From Gracilinanus agilis (taxonomy: Eukaryota), in contig NC_058130.1 of NCBI RefSeq assembly GCF_016433145.1, forward strand, positions 149,651,596-149,715,595: 64,000 nt of DNA, in the 5' to 3' direction. The notes below the pieces were generated by a model. That model was not told the DNA's origin. It saw nothing but the letters and a program-made list of their open reading frames with translations, and searched no databases. Positions within the stretch are counted from its first letter, which is position 1. Every line of letters starts with the position of its first letter. Of this stretch, positions 23,841 to 36,181 are shown one piece after another. Both the position numbers and the translations under genes were made by a program.

Positions 23841-25713
23841 TGACTGTCTGGTTTTCCTGGGAAAGGTAGTTCTCATTCTCAGCTATAGGAATGATCCTCT
23901 TCTGGACCTAGTATACCTGAACTGATGATGTTCTATCTCAAAACACATCCTAATCAATGTGATAGAAAATCATTAGTTCAGGTACACTAGGTCCAGAAGA
24001 GAATCATTTACTTTCAAGAATGGGGATGCTCAATTTAAGCTATTCTCTGTGCACATATATAAGTTAATCTCTAACTGCCATAGCTTCAATTAGGAAATGT
24101 AATGGTAGAAAGAAAATGATAGTAGGAATGAATTAAGGACCCTGAGAAATTCCTGAAAAAACTGTGGAAATGGAAATGCATTAGAAAACTATATGATCAA
24201 ACACGTAGTACATTAGGGATATGATTGGGGTTTTGATGTTAAAGGGTTGTTCTACTTCAGATATGAATAACATGGAAATAGGTTTTAAACAATGATACAT
24301 TTATATCCCAGTGGAAACGCTTGTCAGATTCAGAAAAAGGGAGGAAAGCCTGGGGGGGGGGGGGGAAGGGAGAATCATGAATCTTGGGACCATGGAAAAA
24401 TATTCTAAATAAAAAAGGGGGGAAATTCTTCCAGTATTCAGTTGAATTATTGGAGAAATTATGGGAGGAATTGAATGAAGATTCGAGGATGGACTCACTG
24501 ATTCATGGGTGAAAGGTATTTGTATTTAGGGTGTTTGTGTGTGAGTACATTTGCACCATACTGTCATATGAGTTAGGTCTAAAAGAAACATTGTAGATCA
24601 TCTACTCCAGCCTCTCCTATTTTAAAGGTAAGGAAATTAAGGCATAGAGGCTACTGAATGGGTTAGAAATATTTCTCATAAGATTCATTTCAGTGGCTCT
24701 AATCAAATAAACACATACACAAAGGTAAAGTAGGAAACCAATGATACTTTTTTTCCATTACCTTTTGTACTTTGTCCTTTTTTTCCAGCCCCAATTTTCA
24801 TAATATCTTGCACAGACCTTTGGAAGCAAATGGATAATTTAATCTCTAAACATCAAATTTGACTAAATAATTGTTCATAGATATTATAGTAAATGGAGAG
24901 TAATCAAAAAGTACTAGGAAGTACCTAAGGACAAATAAAAATGTTTGGTCTTGCCTCCTTTTCTCTTTTCCCTCACTAGATAAAGAAATTCTGTTTATCC
25001 ACTCTGGTTGGAAGATATGTAAATTTTTCTCAGTCATATGAAGAGACTGGGGTACCAGTGTATCAAAGCATACCCAAGAGGGATTAGGATCCTATCAAAC
25101 TAGATATAGAACCCTATGTTGGTCCATAACCCATTTTCATTCTAGTTAAAGGAATGTTTGTATGATCATATTTATGGATAATGTAAATAATTTTATATTT
25201 GGTTAAAATGAGTTATTTACATGCACTTTCATGTTTATACTATATGAGGCATTAGTAAAAGTTTATGTGTTCATAAATATTCACTAAATATTTCCTAGTC
25301 TCATTCTGCCTTAATAGGAAATTGATGTATTTACTGGGAGGGTATTGAATATAACCCTGTATTGGGTCAGTCATTGTTTTACAAACCTTAATAATTCCTA
25401 TGTCTAGAAAGCCTATTATGGGCTGCAATGTCATCACAGAGCTGTGTGTGTATGTGTGTGCATGTGTGCGTGTGCGTGTGTGAATATGTGTTTGTTTAAT
25501 ACTGCTGGGGTAAATATGAAAGCACTTTGACAGAGTTGGGAGAAATGGGCACTGTACAAAATTTAGCTTGGATATTGGAAATTTTTAATTAATGGGCATA
25601 TGTCAAATACAGGATTCCCAAAAGTATAAGTGATATTTGAATTCATTATCATATGATAAATTTGATCCCTTGTCTCCTTATCTGAAATATTGTAGGTGGA
25701 AGAGAGAGAACAA

Positions 25714-26652
25714 ATGGAAAGACAAAATAAGACCACTGTGACTATATTCTTTCTTCATGGCCTTGATGGGTATCCTGTATTTTACTTTATTTTTTTTCTG
25801 CTATGCCTTATCATGTACATTGTCATCCTATTGGGCAACAGTTTCCTCATTACAGTTAGCATCCTGGACTCTCACCTCCATACTCCCATGTACTTCTTTC
25901 TCAGTAATCTCTCTTTTCTGGACATCTGCTACACATCTTCTTCAATTCCCATGTTACTGGTGAACTTCCTTTCAGAGGAAAAATCTATTTCTTTCATTGG
26001 ATGTGGGGTACAAATGTTCTTTTCATTTGCCATGGGAGCCACAGAGTGTGTGCTCTTGGCTATAATGGCATATGACCGTTATTTGGCCATTTGCAAACCT
26101 CTGAGGTACCCTATCATCATGAACAAAGGACTCGGTGTGAAATTGGTGACAAGTTGCTGGATGGCAGGTGGATTTACCTCAGTGATACAAACCACCTTAA
26201 CTATGAAGTTGTCATTTTGTGGGAATATCATTGATTATCTTACATGTGAGATCCTGGCTGTGTTGAAATTGTCCTGTGATGATATTTCCCTCAATGTGAC
26301 AGTAATGATGATATCAAACATCTTCATAATAGTTATTCCAGTAGTATTTATATTCATCTCCTACTTTTTCATCCTCATTACCATCCTGAGAATCAATTCT
26401 GCTGAAGGGAGGAAAAAAACCTTTTCTACATGCTCATCCCATCTGACTGTAGTGATCATGTTTTATGGGACCATCTTATTCATGTACATGAAGCCTGAAT
26501 CCAAAGACTCCCATGCAACAGATGAGATGATTGCTCTCTTCTATGCTGTGGTCATTCCCATGCTGAACCCCATCATTTATAGTCTAAGGAACAAAGATGT
26601 GAAAGCAGCTGTGAAAAAGCTCAGCAAAAATATCTTCTCACAGAGAATATGA
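25714..26652 (+). CDS. Olfactory receptor, class II family 13 (OR13C-like), 312 aa, protein identical to 7742-8680
   Basis: ORF-track translation is identical and no nucleotide difference was spotted in the CDS; acceptor AG at 25694-25695. Confidence 0.95.
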   Translation: MERQNKTTVTIFFLHGLDGYPVFYFIFFLLCLIMYIVILLGNSFLITVSILDSHLHTPMYFFLSNLSFLDICYTSSSIPMLLVNFLSEEKSISFIGCGVQMFFSFAMGATECVLLAIMAYDRYLAICKPLRYPIIMNKGLGVKLVTSCWMAGGFTSVIQTTLTMKLSFCGNIIDYLTCEILAVLKLSCDDISLNVTVMMISNIFIIVIPVVFIFISYFFILITILRINSAEGRKKTFSTCSSHLTVVIMFYGTILFMYMKPESKDSHATDEMIALFYAVVIPMLNPIIYSLRNKDVKAAVKKLSKNIFSQRI

Positions 26653-27596
26653 GATACTATATATATCAATTATGCAAAATGAATAAATAATAAACTATCC
26701 ACATTCAGAACCATTGTTTCAAAGTCTTATTGTCTCCCTCTGCCACTGACACTCTTTAGCATAGCCACATATAGTAAAGAATAGTCATGGAAATGACTAG
26801 AATGAAGGATATTAAATATAAACTTTTTTTATTCTGTTGGAAAATAAAGGATTTAAGACTCAAAGACGTGAGACCCTGATGATGGAACCAGGAATAAAAA
26901 TGTAGAAAGTGGAAACAATATCAGAAGAAAACTTGCTAACAATTAATGCTGCCATGAAATGAAATGTGTTATCTTGAGAGGAAATGAGTTGCCCCTAATT
27001 GAAAACTTCCAAGCATACTTGAGTAACCACTTGTTGTGTGTATTATAATGGAGGTTTCTTTGGGGTCTGACTTGAACTAAATGGCTGCTATAATGATAAT
27101 AATATTGATAGCTAGTATTTCTATATTTTTAAAATTTTTCAAAATGCTTTACACAATTTATATTTAACTCTTCACATTGTTCCTTTGAAGTATGCCCATT
27201 TTTATAAATGAGGTTGAGAAGGTAAATTACTTGCCTCTGGTCATACAATGAGAGTTAAAGGTTAGGTTTAAACTCAGGTCTTTTGTCTCCATCCCCAATA
27301 AGACCTAATTGTCTAGATTCACTACAGTTTCCATATTCTGGGATTTGTAAATCTCTTTAATTAGAGAAATTCTATATCTTGACCACATTCATCCAACTTT
27401 ATTCTGCATAATTTAAACAAGTTAGTCAACTACAAACAAGCATCTGTCAGTTTAGTCTCATCATTTGTATATATATATACATATACATATATGTATATGT
27501 ATATACATAATTTTGATTTCCAATTCTGGAATTTTTTTCTAAGGTTTCTTACCAAGAAGGTGTTTCTTTTTTTTCTTCTTCATAAATGCAAATTCA

Positions 27597-27778
27597 TTTT
27601 TTAAACCCTTACCTTCTGTCTTGGTATAAATACTATGTATTGGTTCTAAGGAAAAAGAGTGGTAAGGGATAGGCAATGGGATTAAGTGATTTTCCCAGGG
27701 TCACACATCTAAGAAGTGTCTGATGCCAGATTCAAACCATCTCTAGGCCTGGCTCTTAATCCACTGAGCCACCCAGCT
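27597..27778 (-). mobile_element. SINE1_Mdo-type SINE at the paralogous position to 9666-9852
   Basis: Same SINE sequence with a short internal deletion; same flanks. Confidence 0.85.
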
Positions 27779-28044
27779 TCTTCCATAAATGCAAATTCTA
27801 ATCTTTCATGTTCAAACTCATATCTCATTTTGGGGGGGTCAAAATTGCCTCGCCTCTATACTTCACAGAGAGATCATTTGGTTATGTGCTTTCTTGTGAA
27901 ATCTTGAACAATTTCATATGTGTTAATTTTGTTTCTCTGATTAGATCTTATTTTCCAGAGATCAGGACTCATTTAATATTAATTATGTACCTTTTGTTTG
28001 CTTCAGTATTTAAGACTTATAAATTCCACTCAATAAATATTTAT

Positions 28045-29994
28045 GTGCCATACTTATCAAACTACCAAGAAATGTTTTTTACAGTATCAGAAAAAAACTA
28101 TAACAAAGTTATAAAGAAAAAAAGATTAAGAATGTCTAGAGAAATAATGAAAAAAATTGTGAAGAAGGGTGGCCTATCAGTACCCGATCTTAAACTATGT
28201 TATAAAGCAGCAGTCGTCAAAACAATATGGTACTGGTGAAGAGACAAAAGGGAGGATCAGTGGAATAGACTTGGGGTAAGTGACATCAGTAAGGCCAGAG
28301 GTCGGCAACCTTTTTGGCCATAAGAGCCATAAATGCCACACTTTTTAAAATGTAATTTCATGAGAACCATACAGTGCTCACAGTGCGAGCTCCTGTAACA
28401 GAGCCTGAAAAAAAAATTGACATTATGGCTCCTGCAGAAAGAGCCATATCTTGCCCTCAAAAGAGTCAGATATGGCTTCGAGAGCCATACGTTGCAGACC
28501 CCTGAGCAAGACAGTCTATGATAAACCCTAGGAGCCCAACTTTTGGAACAAAAACCCACTATTTGACAAAAATTGCTGGGAAAATTGGAAAACAGTATGG
28601 GAGAGATTAGGTTTAGATCAACATCTCACACCCTACACCAAGAATAATTCAGAATGGGTAAATGTCTTGAATATAAAGATGGAAATTATAAGCAAATTAG
28701 GTGAGCACAGAATAGTATGCTTGTCAGATCCTTGGGAAAGGAAAGATTTTAAAAACAAGTAAGAATTAGAAAAAATTACAAAATGTAAAATAAATAATTT
28801 TGATTACATTAAATTTAAGAGATTTTGTACAAATAAAACCAATGCAACCAAATTTAGAAGGGAAGCAATAATTTTGGGGAAAAATCTTTATAACAATAAT
28901 TCTGGCAAAGGTCTAATTACTCAAATATATAAGGAGCTAAATCAATTATACAAAAAAAAGTCAAGCCATTCCACAACTGATAAATTGGCAAGGAACCTGA
29001 ATAGAAAATTTTCAGATAAAAAAATCAAAACTATCAACAAGCACATGAAAAAGTGTTCTAAATCTTTTATAAGTAGAGAATGCAAATCAAAACAACTCTG
29101 AGGTACAACCTCAAATATAGCAGATTAGCTAACATGACAGCAAAGGAAAGTAATAAATGTTGGAAGGGATGTGGCAAAATTGGTACATTAATGCATTGCT
29201 GGTGGAGTTGTGCATTAATCCAACCATTTTGAATGACAATTTGGAACTATGCCCAAAGGGCTATAAAAGAGTGACCTTTGATCCAGTCATACCCCACTCT
29301 GGTTATATATCCCAAAGAGATCATAGGGAAAAAGACTTGTACAAAAAAATTTATAGCCACGCTCTTCTTGGTGGCAAAAAATTGGAAAATGAGGGAATTT
29401 CCTTCAATTGGGGAAAGGCTGAATAAATTGTGGTATCTTTTGGTGATGGAATACTATTGTGCTCAAAGGAATAATGATCTGGAGGAATTCCATGTGAACT
29501 GAAATGACCTCCAGGAATTGATGCAGAGTGAAAGGAGCAGAACCAGGAGAACATTATACACAGACTGATACACTATGGCACAATCAAATGTAATGGACTT
29601 TTCTACTAGCAGCAATGCAATGATCCAGAACAATTCTGAGGGACTTATGAGAAAGAATGCTATCCACATTCAGAGAAAGAACTGTGGGAGTAGAAACACA
29701 GAAGAAAAACAACTGCTTGAACATATGGGTTGATGGTGATATTGTTGGGGATGTAGACACTAAACGATCACCCTAGTGCAACTATCAATAATAAGGAAAT
29801 AGGTCTTGATCAATGATACACGTAAAACCCAATGGCATTGTGTGTCGGCTATGGGGAGGAGCTTGGGGGAAAGGGAAAGAACATGAATCATGTAACCATG
29901 GAAAAATATTCTAAAAAGGAAAAAGGGAAAAAAGAAAAAAAAGGAAAAAATAAAATAAAATGAAGAGAAGACTTAAAAATAAACAAACAAAATA
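28045..29994 (+). mobile_element. 5'-truncated L1 (ORF2 3' part, 3' UTR, A-rich tail), specific to copy B
   Basis: ORF2 C-terminal fragments with stops. Degenerate TSD AATAAATRTTTRT at 28032-28044 and 29995-30007; empty site in copy A at ~10114. Confidence 0.9.
28296..28504. mobile_element. hAT MITE of the same family as 3616, in the opposite orientation, nested in L1
   Basis: TIR CAGAGGTCGGCAAC...GTTGCAGACCCCTG; 8-bp TSD AGTAAGGC / AGCAAGAC (6/8 match). Confidence 0.9.
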
Positions 29995-30823
29995 AATAAA
30001 TGTTTGTGGATTTATAATAACAAATTTTAATTTATTTTCATGAATGGTGCCATCCACTAGGAAGATTACTTTGTGTGACAGGTATGTCTTATTTCAAAAA
30101 TTATTGTTATCATCATGACAATCATTAATGATAATAATAATAGAGAATTTTTTATGATGAGAACAGAAAATAACCTGTATACATTTTTACATTTGACAAA
30201 ATAGTTTCAAATCACCATGATATGGGTTCAAATTTCCAGCTCAGTTACTACCTTGGTGACCTAGCTCAAGGCTCTTAATCTCTCTGAGCCCTCTCCTCTT
30301 CTCTTTAATGGTGGTTAATGAGATAATTTTAGAATTGTCTTCTAGCTCTAAACCTATAGTCCTATAAATTTCTGACTTCAATTAAGCCTTTTAACCATCC
30401 TGCACAGTAGGTGGGTCAGTGTTTATTAAACTTACTTTATAGAAAAGGAAATTAATGCTTAGAGAGGTGACTTGTCCCAATGTCACATAGTACATGGGAA
30501 ACTCACAACTAGAAGTCAGATCTTATAACTCTAAGTTAGTGAGAGATATCATATTCTTGCAACCAGGTCTTCATGTTCACTGCATGAAGGTCCACTCACA
30601 CATTGTCCAAACATACTTCTTACTTATATCTTAAATGAAAACTGATATTGCCTTTTGCCATTCATAAGACTTTGTGATAGGTACAATTTTGTAGCTACCA
30701 TAGCCTCAACTCTTTCTCTTCCAATCCTAATAATGAAACCCCCCTAACTGCCTGAGCAAAAGTCACCCACCTCCCTTTCTAGCACATCATATTATCTTAT
30801 AACTCATGTTTCCTAATCCTACC

Positions 30824-31532
30824 TGAAATAAAAAATAAATAGGTAGATAGTAAAATACTTGGTACTTTCTTGGTATAGTTCTTAGGGCCAGTTATCAGAA
30901 GTCCTCTGGCTTGGGAAGGGCTTTCAGAGAGAAACTAACAAGCTACCACACTGATGTAACACAGGCTTTTATTTAAACAAGGACAGGTAGGGAGAGAGGG
31001 GATTGGGATAATCTCATTAGATATAGAGACTAAGTCCTCCCACTAAAATCCAATACTTGTCTTAAACAGATGGTATCTACACTGATTTACTATCTAAAGA
31101 GCCCAGCTTCCTGTAATATCTCCCTAATCAATCCCCCTCCCCCTTTTGCTAGTTATTAGAATAAGGGAAGGCTGTAAGATAAACAGGTCCACAAGGTCAA
31201 AAGGGAGATATCTCACAGACTCTTGTCCTCTGGAGTTTGGCAAGAGTCCAAGTAGAAAGCACAAAAGTAATAGGAATGCACACAGCAACCAAACAGGAAC
31301 AAGAAGGGGAGTAATGGTTTAATTCACACAGTCCACCTGTGGAGTTTAGAAACCACTCTCAAGCACTTCCCAGAAGGTAAATCTACTTGTAGAAGAAGTC
31401 CACATACACTGTCTCACAAAAGAGAGCAAGTCCAACCAACTCTCCCTCCAGAGTCACTCTCTCTGCAGCCTTCTGGAATCTCTCTACCTCTGCTTTGGTA
31501 GTCCCTGTTTTCCCTATAATTTCCCTATAACA
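30824..31532 (-). mobile_element. Solo ERV LTR, 709 bp, specific to copy B
   Basis: TG...CA termini; 4-bp TSD TACC at 30820-30823 and 31533-31536; the minus strand carries AATAAAAGCCTG; empty site in copy A at ~10962. Confidence 0.82.
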
Positions 31533-32576
31533 TACCCCACCACAGTGAGAAAAACAACTGTTCCTTCCACTTTGCCTTTTGGGAAACCCATACTCTGTGG
31601 TTAACACGTTTCCCTTCATCTTTAGATCTCTTTCTAATTTCTTCTTCCATCTTCTGATAAACCAAGAAAATTGTTTTCTCAAGGAAGACATTTAACTTAC
31701 TTTATAGTTTTGGATATATCTTTCATATCACCCTTAAACAGAGGTCTAGGATAATAAGCAGGCATACTCCTTACTCTAATTGCCACTTCTTGATCCTTCA
31801 CCTACTGTGATCAATCAACAACATTTTTCTTTAGAGGTTAACTTCAAAAAGATAGATCAGTCTATCTTGTTATTTCTGGCAATTATCTGCCAGTCCTCAG
31901 ATCATTTTCCCTCCTTCTTTAAAATTATAGTACTTGACTTAAAGTCTTCTCCCCCTCAATTAATTATTCTTCTTATATGTGGGTACATCAATATTCATAG
32001 TGATGTTCCCTCAAACATCCTATTCACCCAGTTTATCAATATCTTCAACTATTCTTGACCTGAATCACAATTAAGAATGATCACATTCTTAAACTTAAAA
32101 TTTTCCATCACCCACACATATTATATAATTAATTATTTGGAAATCAAAGAGTGTAGAATATAGACAAGGACTTGACTGGCCTCTCTGAAATTCAAATCCT
32201 CTTCCAAACAACATTAAGATAACATCTCAAAACAAATTCTGGAGTGGAAGAATCAACAAAAGGATGAGGTGAAATAATTTATCATCAGATAACTTAGAAG
32301 GTAAGCATAAAAGGTCGATCTTACTGGATTAGAATAAGGTGTAGTCAAGCAGTAGACCTTGGGAAAAGAAATGAAAAGAGTCAAGAGTTTAATAAAGGAA
32401 GCACAAAAAAATGGAAAAAAGTAAGATCTTAAAAAACAGAATAGGTCAAATAGCAAAAGAGGCACAAAAATCCCCTCAACAGTAGAACTTTTTAAAAAAA
32501 AATTTGAATTGGCCAAATAGAGAAAAAGATATAGAAAAATTCACCGAATAGAAGTACTCTTTAAAAAGCAGAATTG

Positions 32577-33442
32577 AGGTATCACCTCACACCTAGCAAT
32601 TGGCTAAAATGATAAAAGGGGAGAGTAATGAATGTTGGAGGGGATGTGGCGAAATTGGGACATTAATGCATTGCTGGTGGAGTTGTGAACTGATCCAACC
32701 ATTCTGGATGGCAACTTGGAACTATGCCCAAAGAGCTCTAAAAGACTGCCTGCCCTTCGATCCAGCCATAGCATTGCTGGGTTTGTACCCCAAAGAGATC
32801 ATAGATAAAAAGACTTGTACAAAAATATTTATAGCCATGCTTTTCGTGGTGGCAAAAAACTGGGAAACAAAGGGATGCCCTTCAATTGGAGAATGGCTAA
32901 ACAAATTGTGGTATATGTTGGTGATGGAATACTATTGTGCTCAAAGGAATAATAAACTGGAGGAATTCCATGTGAACTGGAAAGACCTCCAAGAATTGAT
33001 GCAGAGTGAAAGAAGCAGAGCCAGAAGAACATTGTACACAGAGACTGATACACTGTGGTAAAATAGAATGTAATAGACTTCTGTACTGGCAGCAATGCAA
33101 TGACCCAGGACAGTTCTGAGGTATTTATGGAAAAGAACGCTACCCACATTCAGAGGAAGGACTGCAGGAGAGGAAACACAGAAGAAAAACAACTGCTTGA
33201 ACACATGGGTTGATGCAGACATGGTTGGGGATGTAGACACTAAACGACCATACCAATGCAACTATCACTAATAATGTAAATAAGTCTTGATTGATCACAC
33301 ATGTTTAAACCAGTGGGAATGCACATTGGATATGGGGGTGGGGGTTTTTTGAAGGGGGTGAAGGGGAAAGTAAAAACAAGAATCATGTAATCATGGAACA
33401 TTTTTCTAAAAAAATAAAATATTAAAATAAAAATAAATAAAT
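32577..33442 (+). mobile_element. 5'-truncated L1 inserted into an older L1-like segment
   Basis: Open ORF2 C-terminus at 32600-33061, then 3' UTR and A-tail; TSD AAAAAGYAGAATTG at 32563-32576 and 33443-33456. Confidence 0.9.
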
Positions 33443-34114
33443 AAAAAGTAGAATTGGTCAAATGGTAAAGTGTGGAGAGGACTGGCTCTCCACTAGTCCA
33501 GGGCATTGAGGGGGTGGGGTGACATTGGAGACTAATAACACAAATGAAAACAGCCAGAATTTCAATCAGATATCCCAGAGGCTGTTCTGATCTGCCTCAG
33601 GCTATGTTTATTATTTTATATCTTTTTTCTTAAGATTACATACAAGTTGGCATGGATTTTCATAATGAACATACTCCCAAGTGTCTTCCGCCCCTTCTCT
33701 TTCTGTTTCTATTTCTATCCTTCTCTATAATTGCAAGTTAGACTGGAAAGGGTCTCTCAGCAAGGTTAGATAATGGGGGATGGAGCCTAAGAGATTGCTC
33801 CCAAATGGAGTCCAAACACTTAAAAGACTCGTTGATTGAAGTCTTGCTTGATGAGAAGCGATGGAATCTTTGACCAGGGAATTGGGGTTTCACTGTCCAA
33901 AGAAAGATCCTCAGGAAGCCCTCAGGACTGGATTCAAGCTGGGATATCCTCCTCAGAACTTCTCCTTCCTTGAAGAACCTCTGCTGGAAGCCCTCCTCCT
34001 CCTCCTTCTTCCTCTGGAGAATTACCCAGAATTCCCTCTGGTCTCAACTGTCATCAACTGTTACCAACAGCCTTCTTCTGGCTCTTTTTGTCCCATCCCC
34101 CATTCTTAAAGCTA

Positions 34115-34600
34115 TAAGAAATAATGAGCAGAATGATTTCAGAAAAAAACTTGGAAAAGACTTACATAAACTGATACAGAGTAAAGTGAGCAGAACCAGG
34201 AGAACACTGTACATGGTAATGGCAATATTGTGTGATGATCAGTTGTGAATGATTTAACTTCTCAACAATACAATGACCCAAGATAACTTCAAAGGACTCA
34301 TGATGAAAAGTTCTATCCACCTCCAGAGAAAGAATTGTTGGAACCTGAATGTAGATCAAAGCATATTATTTTTCACTTTACTTTCTTTGTGGGATTTTTA
34401 TATGTGTCTTTTCCCACATCATGACTAATATGGAAATGTGTTTTGCATGATCACACTTATATAACCTATATCGAATTGAATACTGTCTCAGAAAGGGGCT
34501 GGCAAGAGGGGGAAGGAGAGAATTTGGAACTAAAATTTTTAGAAAACAAATGTTAAAAATTGTTTTTATATGTAAAATGAAATAGAAATATAATTATAAA
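34115..34600 (+). mobile_element. Old L1 3' fragment
   Basis: gtaaagtgagcagaaccaggagaacactgtac... 3' UTR pattern, decayed. Confidence 0.7.
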
Positions 34601-36061
34601 AAGAAATATATGGAAAATTCAAAGAAAGTTTGTTTGATTGTGTTGATATGCAGTTTTATTTTTTTTTAATTTTTTTTAAACCCTTAACTTCTGTGTATTG
34701 ACTTATAGGTGGAAGATTGGTAAGTCTAGGCAATGGGGTGCAGTTTTATTTTTAATAAAAATTTAATTTATTTTTAAGAGTATAGCCTTGGAATTGAGGA
34801 GCCATCACAGTAACAGCACCCTCCAGAACAAAAGTCTTATTTCCTGCTCAGCCCTCACAGTCTTTCATCTGGCGAAACAATTATTGGGGAGAGAAGTCAA
34901 TCATCCCTACTACTGTCTACTAACTGTCATTCATAAGGTGGACAAGCCAGTTTAATTGACTCAATTAGACATGTTGGGGAGAGGCAGAAGGCTGCATATT
35001 TCAGGCAAGCCATTGACCATCACCACTTAGATCATCATCTTCCCTCAGACCTCTGTTGAAACAACCCAGGTCCTTCTATCCAGAACCTTGGGAATTGCAA
35101 TGCTCTCAGCCAAGTTCTTTCCATCATCACCCTGAGAAGAACTGCTATCTGCATCCATTGAAGACACAGAAAAGAAAGTTCTTGTCCTGAAAGACTCTGG
35201 TACTGTCAACTAGATACTGTTATGATATTATCAGTAGAAGTGACATGAAAGAGGCATTGTCATCTGCTTTTACCATTAAACCCTAAGGATATGGGACTTT
35301 TACATCATTTTATCCATGTTTTGACTCCCTTATCAAAATGTAAGTTTCTTGAGATCAAGGACTCTTATTTTTTTGTTTCTTTTCCCACTGCTTCACATGT
35401 TGTAAAAACTTCAAAAATATGTTATTCATTCACTTATTTCTCTAGTTTGTAAGGATGTTTCTGTATCTCAGCTCTGTAATTCAGTAAATCATCTTTTCCT
35501 CTCAAGGTAATGTCATATATAAATAATATGATAAACTCACAAATCATCTATAAAAATGTTAAAAGCAACAGGGCCAAACACATATATTTGGATCAATCAT
35601 ATAGACACCTATTAGACCAATTTACTAGACTGGCATCAATATAGTATTCATCACCTAATGGATGCAGTCTTTCAATCAATTCTAAATTCATCTAACTATA
35701 TGCACACAGTATCCATCTTTCAATTTTGTTTATATGGAAACAATTTAACATGTGAGTATAGATAGTAAAAATCTATTCATGCCTGGAAGCTTGAACTCAT
35801 GCCACAATCTTATCATACATTCCCACTGTGTGCAAAAGGTTGGAGTTATTGGGAAGTAGTTCAATATATGAAGATAATGGTAAGTTAAACCAGGATGTTT
35901 CACAACTAACAACACTCAGAGATAAGAGAGATTTGGGAGATGTTGCTAAGTCATACACGTAATTAATTGCTCCATTCCCCCTATGTTTATATTGACATGG
36001 AGAAATGTAAAATTGTTTTCCTCTTCTCACTTTATTTGCTGCATCATCAATTAAAACTATC

Positions 36062-36181
36062 TAATAAGTTTGATGTAATTAGATGGTTACAATATCCCCA
36101 TAGCTTTGTAAATTGTTAACTTTCACACAGTTCCTATAAAAAAGATTTAAATGACTTTAGGGATTACAAAGATTCCCTGAG
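36062..36181 (+). promoter_or_regulatory. Candidate OR promoter module for the OR13D1-like gene
   Basis: TAATAAGTT-tgat-GTAATTAG, then 69 bp later ATTTAAATGACTTTAGGGATTACAAAGATTCCCTGAGG. Confidence 0.62.

Larger units (their letters stand above)
17987..31964 (+). repeat. Tandem segmental duplication, copy B (left end not defined within the window)
   Basis: Collinear with 1-11392; carries an extra L1 (28045-29994) and an extra LTR (30824-31532). Confidence 0.93.

Noticed and set aside
33507-34110. LTR-like segment between two L1 pieces
   Set aside because: Composition suggests an LTR, but I could not find matching termini or a TSD, so it is not reported as a feature.
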